Shown: positions 9,306-17,597 of the stretch, in pieces
Position numbering within the stretch: the first letter of the stretch is position 1
How the letters are laid out: each line of letters opens with the position of its first letter
Origin: a virus
DNA length: 64,000 bases
IMG/VR virus record: IMGVR_UViG_3300044998_001035
Coordinates: 1-64,000 of that record
Strand: one strand, 5' to 3'
The notes under the pieces: generated by a model
Databases searched by the model: none
What the model was told of the DNA's origin: nothing
What the model saw: only the letters and a program-made list of their open reading frames with translations
Translations under genes and position numbers: made by a program

Positions 9306-9944
9306 TCAGTCGTCGTCGGGCGCGGCCCGGCCCCAGCCCAGGCGTTCCCGCTCGATCAAGAGCAGGGCGATTCGCGTCACGAGCGGCCGGACCCTGGCCG
9401 CCGTGACCCCGCCCGGCGGCGCCGGGCGCTCGCCGAGCAGGACCTCGAGCGTGTGGTAGGCCGAGGAGAGGTGGGCGGAGAGGCGGCGCCGCGCGTCGCG
9501 GGGCGGCAGCGTGCCCGCACGCCTGGCCTCGTCGTAGCGCCGCGCGGCCTGCTCGCGGCGGCGCCGCAGCACCTCTGGCCGCGCGGAATACGCGGCGGCG
9601 GCGGCGCGTCCGGCGGCCGTGCGGCGGTACTCGGCCGAGGCGATCCGGCAGCACGTCCGGCAGTAGCACTGGCCGCGCCCGAAGGCGTCCTGGCCCTTGG
9701 TCGCGCCGCATCGCGCGCAGCGCCGCCAGCCGTCGGGGGCGGCCGTCGCCGGCCCCTCCTCGGCCGCCCGCGCGCGGGCCTTCGCCGCCTTCTCGCGGGC
9801 GGCGACGCACGCCTTGCACATCGCGTCGCGCCCGCCCTTGTGTCGCTTGTGGCGGTAATACTCGCTTGGCGGCTTCGCGGCGCGGCACCGGGAGCAGGCC
9901 CGCAGCCCCGCCGCGTCGCCGCGCCCGCCCTCGTCGTCGCCCAT
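9306..9944 (-). CDS. Double zinc-finger protein (HNH/EndoVII-type N-terminal fingers, no nuclease domain seen)
   Basis: CSRC...CKAC and CARC...CRTC. Confidence 0.6.
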   Translation of the reverse strand: MGDDEGGRGDAAGLRACSRCRAAKPPSEYYRHKRHKGGRDAMCKACVAAREKAAKARARAAEEGPATAAPDGWRRCARCGATKGQDAFGRGQCYCRTCCRIASAEYRRTAAGRAAAAAYSARPEVLRRRREQAARRYDEARRAGTLPPRDARRRLSAHLSSAYHTLEVLLGERPAPPGGVTAARVRPLVTRIALLLIERERLGWGRAAPDDD

Positions 9945-10070
9945 CGTCCCCTCCCCGGCAAGACCTATGGCCCGCAGCCCCGCCGTGTTATCATCCAGGC
10001 CGGCGGCGATTCAAGTTCAGTTTGGGATTCGACTCGATTTCCGCATGGAATTCGGATCGTGGGGGTGGCG

Positions 10071-12449
10071 ATGCCCGGCTCCGTCGACCTGAACCTGGAC
10101 CCCGTCCCGCCGGCCCGGCCGTCGAAGGTCGTCGTCGTGTTCCGGTACGACCCCGAGGCCGGCGAGGGGCTGCGGTTCGAGCCCCAGCCCCACCTGCGGC
10201 TCGTCTCGGTCTCGCGGCACGAGGGGCCGCGGCCGTGGGCGGCCCGGTTCCGGTACGCGCTCGACGACGAGGTGCTGGCGGCGGAGTTCCCGGACATGCC
10301 CCGGCGGGCCGAGCACGTCTTCGGGCTGGCGGCGGCGAGCCCCTGGCGGGTCGAGGTCGGGGAGCGGCTGGTCGCGGTCGAGTACGACCCGGAGGCGCCG
10401 GGGGCGGCGCCCCGGATGGTCTTCGACGGGTTCGCCGAGGCGCCCCAGGTGGACCTGGGGCCGGACCTGGAGTCGGTGACGTTCGAGGCCGCGGCGACGC
10501 CGGTCCGGTGCTGGGACCGCGTGATCGAGTCGGCCCCCTACCGCGACGCGGACAAGTGGGACGAGGAGCTGCACGTCCGGGATTTGTCGTTCGCCGGCTG
10601 CTGGCGGTTCAACCCCGAGGGGGAGGGGAACGGGACGCGGCCGTTCGCCGACGAGTTCCCGGGGGAGCCGCACGCCTATCCGGTGTTCATCGACCACCGG
10701 ATTCCCCGCGAGCGTCGCGAGGTCTGGGACCTGGCGGGGGCGGCGCGGGCGATCGTCTGGTTCCACAACTTCAACGAGACGTACGTCAGGAACCCGATCT
10801 ACGGGGACTTCGAAAGCCTGCTCGTCGCGCGGGTGCCCCGGGAGGGTGCGGGGCCGATCGGGGAGGCGCCGCCGGCCGGGGAGGACCCGGAGGCGGGGCC
10901 GTCGGACACGTTCACGGTCGAGGACATCGACGTCCCGGACCTGGACTGCACGGGGATGTGCTGGCCCGACGCGCTCTGGCGGCTGGTCGAGCCGCACGGG
11001 TTCACGTTCCGTTGGGAGCTGGCGCTGACGGAGTCGGGGGAGCCGGACTGGCACCTCGTGCTGGACCGGAAGGACACGGCGGCGCAGGCGAAGGACCTGA
11101 AGCTCCAGGCGCCGGGGTCGGCGTACGACGCCCGGCTGACGAACCTGGGGGCGGCGGCCTGGAAGCGGGACGGGGAGGTCGCGAACGAGTGGGCGAGCCT
11201 GACGGTGCCGGCCCGGGTCGAGGCGCTGTTCGTGCTGGCGCCTCGGTTCGTGGTGGAGGCCGAGGACGCGGACGGGGACAACCTGGCGAAGTGGCGGGAG
11301 GGGACGCCCGACTTCGACCCGTCGCGGTATCGGCGCTGGGGCGTCGACGAGTGCGGGCTGGGGCACCCGGCCTGGGAGTCGTGGGAGGACGGCGGCTCGT
11401 GGAAGGCGGGCGACGGCGAGGGGGATTTCCTCAGGGAGCCGACGCCGCTCGACCGGGCCCTGGACGTCGGGGGCGGGTTCCCGCCGCCCCCCTACTCCGT
11501 CCGGCCCAGGCCGGGGACGCGGGACCTGCTCGGCAGGCCGGGGGCGGACGGGCGGCGGCGCAAGGCCCGGCTGTACGTCTCGACGGACTACCAGGGGGAC
11601 GTGCCGGGGGTGGGGGACGGGACCGGGACCTGGCAGGAGGTGACGGGGGGCGGGTGGCGGCTGCTGGAGGACGAGCTGGGGGTGGAGCTGACGGACCCGG
11701 ACCTGGAGCGGTGGTCGATCGGGGACCCGCCGGACGACCCGCCGCCGGGCGGGGCGGCGTGGCCGTTCCCGGCGGGGGTGGTGCGGGCGGTCTCGGCGAC
11801 GGCGGGGGCGGACGGGGCGGGGCCGGCGTTCGTGCTGGGGCTGCTGACGGCGATCGACCTGGACGTCGGGATCGGGGGCCTGGGCGTCACCGTGGCGGCG
11901 CGACGGGCCGCGAGCCCGGTCCCGTTCGACGTCCGCCGGGCCGACGAGACGCGCGACCGGCACCGGCTGGAGCTGGTCCACGAGTCGAGCCCCGACTACG
12001 GGCGGGCCGAGGCCGTCCCCGACCCGGGCGCGCCCGGCGGCGGGGGCGAGGGTGGGGATGGGGGCGAGGATGAGGGCGGCGGCGGGCCCGCCCCGCCGGC
12101 GGAGCCGTTCCTGGACCGCTTCAAGCTCGTCAGGGACGACCGGGCGCGCCTGAGGGCGCACCTGGCGGCGCGGCGTCGGGCGCAGGAGCTGGCGGCGGTG
12201 GCCGGGCCGGTGACGGTGCCGCTGATCACGCACGCCTATCGCGTCGGGGACCGGGTCCGCGGCGTGGCCGGGCGCGGGATCGGCCTGAGGCAGAACGTGC
12301 CGTTCGACGAGGCGGAGGCGCCGGTCTACCCGGTCGTGGCGGCGGTGTCGTGGACGTACGAGCCGGCGCAGTCGACGACGCTGCAGCTCGCCGACGTGCG
12401 GGGCCTGATCGGGCCGTCGCCTGAGGCGGCCCGCGAGGAGGGCGCGTAG
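10071..12449 (+). CDS. Large tail/baseplate hub-like protein
   Basis: 792 aa from ATG 10071; C-terminal YRVGDRVRGV...VAAVSWTY...TTLQL pattern typical of tail hubs. Confidence 0.6.
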   Translation: MPGSVDLNLDPVPPARPSKVVVVFRYDPEAGEGLRFEPQPHLRLVSVSRHEGPRPWAARFRYALDDEVLAAEFPDMPRRAEHVFGLAAASPWRVEVGERLVAVEYDPEAPGAAPRMVFDGFAEAPQVDLGPDLESVTFEAAATPVRCWDRVIESAPYRDADKWDEELHVRDLSFAGCWRFNPEGEGNGTRPFADEFPGEPHAYPVFIDHRIPRERREVWDLAGAARAIVWFHNFNETYVRNPIYGDFESLLVARVPREGAGPIGEAPPAGEDPEAGPSDTFTVEDIDVPDLDCTGMCWPDALWRLVEPHGFTFRWELALTESGEPDWHLVLDRKDTAAQAKDLKLQAPGSAYDARLTNLGAAAWKRDGEVANEWASLTVPARVEALFVLAPRFVVEAEDADGDNLAKWREGTPDFDPSRYRRWGVDECGLGHPAWESWEDGGSWKAGDGEGDFLREPTPLDRALDVGGGFPPPPYSVRPRPGTRDLLGRPGADGRRRKARLYVSTDYQGDVPGVGDGTGTWQEVTGGGWRLLEDELGVELTDPDLERWSIGDPPDDPPPGGAAWPFPAGVVRAVSATAGADGAGPAFVLGLLTAIDLDVGIGGLGVTVAARRAASPVPFDVRRADETRDRHRLELVHESSPDYGRAEAVPDPGAPGGGGEGGDGGEDEGGGGPAPPAEPFLDRFKLVRDDRARLRAHLAARRRAQELAAVAGPVTVPLITHAYRVGDRVRGVAGRGIGLRQNVPFDEAEAPVYPVVAAVSWTYEPAQSTTLQLADVRGLIGPSPEAAREEGA

Positions 12450-12770
12450 ATGGGCGACGGCGTGCGGGACCGGCAGGACGGGACGCGGCAGGACCTGGGG
12501 CGTCGCCCGCCGCCGCCCCCGACGGCGCGCGGGCCGCAGGTCTGCCGGACGGCGGCGCTGCCCGGCTCGGCCTACCCGACGCATCCGAACCGCTTCTACG
12601 GGGTCGTGCCGCTCCGGGAGGACGGGCCGGAGGTGGAGGGGGGCGTGGCGACGTTCGAGGACCGCGGCGCCGCGTTCCTGGCGCTGCACGTCGGGTCGAC
12701 GGCCCCGCCGTCGGGCTCCCGCGTGATCGTCTTCGACGTCGCCCGCGTGGGGCCGTGTTTCGAGTATTGA
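12450..12770 (+). CDS. Small tail-tip protein, similar to the N-terminus of the next gene
   Basis: Abuts the hub gene; shares an RF.G...A.(F/Y)ED...P..G.R pattern with 12801. Confidence 0.5.
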   Translation: MGDGVRDRQDGTRQDLGRRPPPPPTARGPQVCRTAALPGSAYPTHPNRFYGVVPLREDGPEVEGGVATFEDRGAAFLALHVGSTAPPSGSRVIVFDVARVGPCFEY

Positions 12771-12800
12771 TCGCTCTCCCGGGAAGGTGGGTGCGGCGGC

Positions 12801-14204
12801 ATGCGCGACGGGGGACGGGCCGGCGAGGCGAGGCGGCGCGACGACGCGGATCGGGAGGGCCTGGGCCGGCTCCCGCCCCCCGGGCCGTCGGACGCGGCGA
12901 CGTGGCTGGTGCGGGTGGTGGACGGCGGCTCCATGCCGTCGGCCGCGCCGCGCCGGTTCCTGGGCCGCCGGCAGGCGTTCGCGGGCGGCGGCGTGTCGGG
13001 CGCGGCGTCGTACGAGGACCTGCCGGGGGACGTGGTGTTCACGTGCCTCGACGGCGTGCCGTCGGTCGGGGACCGGCTGCTGATCCACCGGGCGGGCGGG
13101 CGCTGGGACGCCCGCCTGCGGGGGACGCCCCCGGGCCCGCCCGACTGGTCGCTCTGCGTGGTCGTGCGCGGCTGCGACGGGCCGTTCCTGAGGGGGGCGA
13201 CGGTCACGGCGCGGCTCGCGGGGGACGTGGTCGCGACCTGCGTGACGGACGACGGGGCGCCGCCGGAGGCGCCGGCGACGGGGCGGTGCTGCCTGGCCGT
13301 CCCCGGCCCCGGGACGTACCAGGTCACGGCGTCGCACCCGGACTACGGGGAGGTCACGTTCGCGGCGGTCTCGTCGTGGCCGAACATGACGTTCGCGGCG
13401 TGCGTCCCCGGGGCGGCGGGGATGGTCTGCGTGCCGGTCGGGGGCTGCGGCGGCGGCTTCCCCGACCCCGGCGCGATGGCGGTCCAGTTCCTCCAGGGCG
13501 GCGTCGTCGTGGCCGAGGTCCCGGTCAGCCCCTACGCCGACGACCCCGGGTCCGGCGGCCGCGCCTGCGCCTGCCTGCCCGCCCGCGTCGCGACGACGAT
13601 CCGGGTGGTCAACGTGCCGTCGCGGTACGCGACGACCGAGCGGACGGTCCCCGCCGCGCTGATCCCGCCGTGCGGCCAGACCCGGACGCTGCCGGAGGGG
13701 GGGATCACCCTGGACCGGGCGCCCGGGTTCGACTGCTGGCCCTGCCCGATCCTCGGCCCGGCCGCCTCGGGGTGCCTCTACCCGGTGGCGTCCGTGATCC
13801 ACACGACGGACCCGCTGACCGGCCGCGCCGTGGCGCTGGCGCGCTCGGGCTGGCAGTACCTCGGGACGGACACGGTTCCGTATCCGGGATGCCCGTACGG
13901 GTGCCCGCCGGACGAGATGGACGTGGAGTATTCGATCGCGCCGGCGACCGGGGACGCGTTCGGGCGCTGCCAGTTCGTGATCCGGTGGATGCGCTCGGCG
14001 AAGTTCGTCAACGGGGCCTGGATCTGGTGCCCCGGGAACACGCCGGGCGAGGGGGCCCCGTGGGCGTCGGCGTACGCGCTCATGGCCGTGGCGCGCGTGA
14101 CCGTGACGGACTGCCCGCCCGGGTTCGCGGCCGTCTCGACGCCGATCGGGCTGGGCTGGTGCGGCCCGGTCACGCCAACGTATACGTTCCTGTTTACGGA
14201 GTGA
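12801..14204 (+). CDS. Cys-rich tail-tip/receptor-binding protein
   Basis: 21 Cys; contains a GATVT...PGTYQVTASHPDY carboxypeptidase-regulatory-like Ig module. Confidence 0.55.
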   Translation: MRDGGRAGEARRRDDADREGLGRLPPPGPSDAATWLVRVVDGGSMPSAAPRRFLGRRQAFAGGGVSGAASYEDLPGDVVFTCLDGVPSVGDRLLIHRAGGRWDARLRGTPPGPPDWSLCVVVRGCDGPFLRGATVTARLAGDVVATCVTDDGAPPEAPATGRCCLAVPGPGTYQVTASHPDYGEVTFAAVSSWPNMTFAACVPGAAGMVCVPVGGCGGGFPDPGAMAVQFLQGGVVVAEVPVSPYADDPGSGGRACACLPARVATTIRVVNVPSRYATTERTVPAALIPPCGQTRTLPEGGITLDRAPGFDCWPCPILGPAASGCLYPVASVIHTTDPLTGRAVALARSGWQYLGTDTVPYPGCPYGCPPDEMDVEYSIAPATGDAFGRCQFVIRWMRSAKFVNGAWIWCPGNTPGEGAPWASAYALMAVARVTVTDCPPGFAAVSTPIGLGWCGPVTPTYTFLFTE

Positions 14205-14208
14205 CGCG

Positions 14209-15789
14209 GTGTCCGGACTCGGCGGGTTGGGGTCGTGGTCGGGGCCTGGGCCGTGGCCCGGCCTCCGGGAGGCGGCGGAGCGTGCGGCGGCCGTGACGGG
14301 GCACGGGCGGCTGCGGGTGCTGGCGCGGGAGCGGCCGGGGGACTACGCGGCGCTGATCCGCCGGCTGGACGCGGAGGCCGGCCCGCCGCCGGGGGGCGAG
14401 TTCCGGGCGGCGGTGGACGCCCGCTCGGCGGCGGCGCGGGCGGCGGGCCTGGCGCGCGCGGCGCTGGTCGGGCCCTGCCTGATGATGGGCGGCGCGGAGG
14501 CGCACGGGGCGATGCTCCTCGGCGCCGCGATGCCGGGCGTGGCCTGGGTCGGGGCCGCGGCGACGCACGGCGAGGGGGCGACGGACCCGCGCCGGGTCGC
14601 GGAGTACCGGGCGCTGGCGCCGCTCGGGCTCGGGCCGGCGGACGCGCGGCACCTCGCGGCCCGGTGCGACGTGCTGGTGGTGTGGGCGGTCCCGGAGGCG
14701 GGCCCGTGGGCCGACCTGGCGTCGCCGCGCCCGCGGGTCGTCTGCGTCGTCCACGCGCCGGCCGAGGCGCCCTGGGGGCGCGACGTCTACGCCGCGATGC
14801 GCGGCGTGGACCGCTGGGTGCTCGTCAGCGAGCTGTGCCGGGGTGCGGTCCCCGCGGGCGCGGCCGGGTCCGCGACCGCGATCCTGAACGCGGCCGACCC
14901 CCGGCACGCCGCGCCGGGGCCGGGCCGGTCGCGCGGGGAGACGCGGGCGCGCTGGGGCGTCCCGCCGGGCGCGTTCGTCGCCGGGGCGCTCCAGAGGATG
15001 AGCGCCGAGAAGGGGTGCGACGCCCTGATGCGCCTGGCCGCCGCGGCGCCGCGGTGGCTGCGCGTCGTGGCCGTGGGGGACGGGGCGGAGCGGGGCCGGA
15101 TGCGCGCCGAGGCGTCGTGGCGCGGGCTGCCGATCGCCCTGCCCGGGGCGGACGACGACCCGGGGGCGGCGCTGGCCGCGTTCGACTGCTTGCTGGCTTT
15201 GAGCGACTACGAGAGCTTCGGGCTGTCGATCGCGGAGGCCTGGCTGGCGGGGGTGCCGGTGATCTCGACGCCGGTCGGCGCGGCGGCGCTGCACCCGGGC
15301 CTGACGCGCGAGGTCGGGCCTGCGCCGTCCGGCGCGGAGGTGCTGTCCGCGATCGAGGCGGACCGGGCCGACCCGTGCGGGACGGCGGCCCGGGTCGCGC
15401 GGGCGCGCGGCTTCGCGGCGCGGGAGTTGGCCCCGGCGCGATTCGCGGCCGAATGGGGGCGGCTGATCCGCGAGGAGGCGGCGGCGGGCCGCCGGCCCCC
15501 GCCCCGGCCGTCGCCGCGCCGCCTGCCCGACGCGGAGCTGAAGCGGCTCCTGGCCGCGGTGGCGGCGTGCTCGAGCCGGGGGCCCGAGCTTCCCGCGTCG
15601 GCCGCGGGCGGCTGCTGCGGCGGCGGGCCGACGCGCTGGGCGTGCGCCGCCGGGCTCGGCTCGACGCCCGGGGCGCCGACGCTGGACGACTGCCTCGGCT
15701 GCCGCGCCGGGGCCTGGGGCCGCCCGGCCGCGGCCGGGTTGAAGCTGCTCAGGCCCGCCGGGTCCGTGACCTCCCTGTCGCAGAGGTAG
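14209..15789 (+). CDS. Glycosyltransferase family 4 (GT-B) with a Cys-rich C-terminal extension
   Basis: RMSAEKG...VGDGAER...SDYESFGLSIAEAWLAGVPVISTPVG motif. Confidence 0.9.
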   Translation: MSGLGGLGSWSGPGPWPGLREAAERAAAVTGHGRLRVLARERPGDYAALIRRLDAEAGPPPGGEFRAAVDARSAAARAAGLARAALVGPCLMMGGAEAHGAMLLGAAMPGVAWVGAAATHGEGATDPRRVAEYRALAPLGLGPADARHLAARCDVLVVWAVPEAGPWADLASPRPRVVCVVHAPAEAPWGRDVYAAMRGVDRWVLVSELCRGAVPAGAAGSATAILNAADPRHAAPGPGRSRGETRARWGVPPGAFVAGALQRMSAEKGCDALMRLAAAAPRWLRVVAVGDGAERGRMRAEASWRGLPIALPGADDDPGAALAAFDCLLALSDYESFGLSIAEAWLAGVPVISTPVGAAALHPGLTREVGPAPSGAEVLSAIEADRADPCGTAARVARARGFAARELAPARFAAEWGRLIREEAAAGRRPPPRPSPRRLPDAELKRLLAAVAACSSRGPELPASAAGGCCGGGPTRWACAAGLGSTPGAPTLDDCLGCRAGAWGRPAAAGLKLLRPAGSVTSLSQR

Positions 15790-16085
15790 TCGTACGTCAC
15801 CCCGAAGTAGCGGGCCATCCGGGCGAGGTCGGCGGGGGTGGGGAATCCCTCTCCCCGCGTCCACTTCGAGAGCCGCCCCTGCCCGCGCCCGATCCCCTGC
15901 GCCACGTCCTCCTGGCTGGCCCGCCGCGTCTCCTTCTGCACGGCGACGAGCGCCGCCAGTTTGCGATGGAAGTCGGTCAGGGTCCGGCGCGGCTTGCCCG
16001 CGCCCCCGCCGTCGCCCCCCGCCGCGCCCCCGCCGTCGCCCTTCGGCCTCCCCACGTCACGCCTCCGTATCGAAGTCCTGTTCAT
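15207..16085 (-). CDS. XRE-family HTH repressor (CI-like); C-terminus overlaps the GT gene antisense
   Basis: SQEDVAQGIGRGQGRLSKWTRGEGFPTPADLARMARYFGVTYDYL. ATG 16085 has GGAGG upstream. First in-frame stop is at 15207. Confidence 0.8.
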   Translation of the reverse strand: MNRTSIRRRDVGRPKGDGGGAAGGDGGGAGKPRRTLTDFHRKLAALVAVQKETRRASQEDVAQGIGRGQGRLSKWTRGEGFPTPADLARMARYFGVTYDYLCDREVTDPAGLSSFNPAAAGRPQAPARQPRQSSSVGAPGVEPSPAAHAQRVGPPPQQPPAADAGSSGPRLEHAATAARSRFSSASGRRRGDGRGGGRRPAAASSRISRPHSAANRAGANSRAAKPRARATRAAVPHGSARSASIADSTSAPDGAGPTSRVRPGCSAAAPTGVEITGTPASQASAIDSPKLS

Positions 16086-16185
16086 CTCCGGCCTCCGCGG
16101 TCGCCCGCCCCGCACCACTCGCGGACCATCGAATCCTATACCCGATTCCCAATTGCATCAATCACGAAAACGGGCGCGCAACCCG

Positions 16186-16252
16186 ACAACGGAAGCGTTG
16201 TGGAAAATTATCACGCTTCCGTATAGATTCCGTGTTCCCTGCTTATTATAAT
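16186..16252. promoter_or_regulatory. Divergent immunity-switch region: operator-like inverted repeat and rightward sigma70 promoter
   Basis: ACGGAAGCGT (16189-98) / ACGCTTCCGT (16213-22) perfect IR; TAGATT-17 bp-TATAAT (16224-16252). Confidence 0.65.
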
Positions 16253-16309
16253 CTGATGGGGACTACGGTTTGTCGTGGGGCGGGACGCCCTGGGGGCGGG
16301 GAGGGTGAC

Positions 16310-16594
16310 TTGTCGGGGACGGGGAACGGCGGCGGCTACCTGCCGCTGCGGGAGGTGACGCGGCGGCTCGGGACCGAGCAGGGGGTGGCGCGGTTCGCGG
16401 CGCACCTGTGCGGCGAGCGGCCGGAGCGGATCGGCCCGGCGTGGGTCTTCACGGCGGAGCAGGCGGGCCGGATCGAGCGGTGGCTGGACGAGGTGGACCC
16501 GGGGCGCGAGTTCCACGGCACGCGCGCGGCGACGGGCCGCGCGCGCCGTGCGGGGCCGCGCGCCGGCGCCGACGACGGGGGGACCAGGCTATGA
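16310..16594 (+). CDS. Cro/Xis-like small DNA-binding protein
   Basis: TTG start after GGAGGG; YLPLREVTRRLG...RIGPAWVFTAEQ is a MerR/Xis-type wHTH pattern; divergent from the repressor. Confidence 0.6.
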   Translation: MSGTGNGGGYLPLREVTRRLGTEQGVARFAAHLCGERPERIGPAWVFTAEQAGRIERWLDEVDPGREFHGTRAATGRARRAGPRAGADDGGTRL

Positions 16595-17415
16595 GCGACG
16601 CGGCGGGGTGGGCGTACGGGACGCGGTATCCGGAGCTGTTCGCGGCGCTGGCGGCGCCGTTTGAGCCCTGGGAGGTCAAGTCGAGGAACCAGGGCGGGCG
16701 CGAGCTGCCCTACATCACGGCGCGGTCGGCGATGAACCGGCTCGACGAGGTGCTCGGCCCGGAGAACTGGGAGTTCGAGCTGCACCCGTTCGGCGAGAAC
16801 GCGGTCCTGGCGCGGATGACGATCGCGCTGCCCGGCGGGGAGCGGGTGACGCGCTGCGACCTGGGGGCGACGGGCCGGATGTCCGCGCAGTCGGGCGCGG
16901 TGGACCCGGGCGACGACGACAAGGGCGCCGCCAGCGACGGCCTGAAGCGCGTCGCGGCCCACTTCGGGGTCGGCCGCTACCTCTACGGCGACGGCGTGCC
17001 GCGGTTCGTCCTGGATCACGTCCACGGCCCCGGGGCGGCGGAGCTGGCCCCCCGGGCGCGGGCGCAGGGGTACGGGTACGGGGGCGGCCACGGCCGGGAC
17101 GAGGGGCGGGAGCGGGTCAATCGCGACTTCCCCGCCCGCCCCCCCGGCGGCGATCCGGGGCAAGGCGGGGCGGGGAACGCCCCGCGCAGCGGGCGCGCCC
17201 TGTTCGCCTGGGTCAAGCAGAAGGAGGACGAGCACGGCGTCGCCCTGCTCAAGTACCTCAACCAGTGGGGCAAGCTCCAGGACCTGCCCGGCCGGATGGT
17301 CGACTGGGATGCGCTGCAGGTCAAGCTCGCCTACGACGAGGCGTGCCGCAAGCTCGGCGGCGGCGGCGGCGAGCCCGCGGCGGCGGCGGCCGGGCACGCG
17401 GACGAGCCGTACTGA
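16591..17415 (+). CDS. Rad52/Sak-family single-strand annealing protein
   Basis: ALAAPF...YITARSAMNRLDEVLGPENW...KGAASDGLKRVAAHFGVGRYLY. Confidence 0.9.
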   Translation: MSDAAGWAYGTRYPELFAALAAPFEPWEVKSRNQGGRELPYITARSAMNRLDEVLGPENWEFELHPFGENAVLARMTIALPGGERVTRCDLGATGRMSAQSGAVDPGDDDKGAASDGLKRVAAHFGVGRYLYGDGVPRFVLDHVHGPGAAELAPRARAQGYGYGGGHGRDEGRERVNRDFPARPPGGDPGQGGAGNAPRSGRALFAWVKQKEDEHGVALLKYLNQWGKLQDLPGRMVDWDALQVKLAYDEACRKLGGGGGEPAAAAAGHADEPY

Positions 17416-17457
17416 ACGCGCGTACAAATCGGCCGCGCGCCGGGTTTTATGCAGAAA

Positions 17458-17558
17458 CCGCCTCGCGCCGCGTATTGAATCCGGCGCGAGGCGGCGTTAT
17501 TGTTGGGGTCGGCCGTTCGAAATGCGACGGCCCCGGTCGTTACCCCCGGGGCCGTCGC
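17458..17558 (+). promoter_or_regulatory. Promoter with two 13-bp inverted repeats upstream of the initiator gene
   Basis: TTGAAT(17475)-17 bp-TATTGT(17498). IR 17458-70/17482-94 brackets the -35 box; second hairpin at 17524-17558. Confidence 0.5.
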
Positions 17559-17597
17559 GGAACTCAATCGTCCGCTTGGCAGGCGGACAGGAAGGCG

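Noticed and set aside
10017-13802. Very long antisense or alternate-frame ORFs (also 3771-6419, 35616-38273, 38601-41183, 43518-46259, 51950-54361, 56946-59297)
   Set aside because: They are Arg/Pro/Gly-rich shadow frames of real genes, expected from stop-codon scarcity at very high GC.
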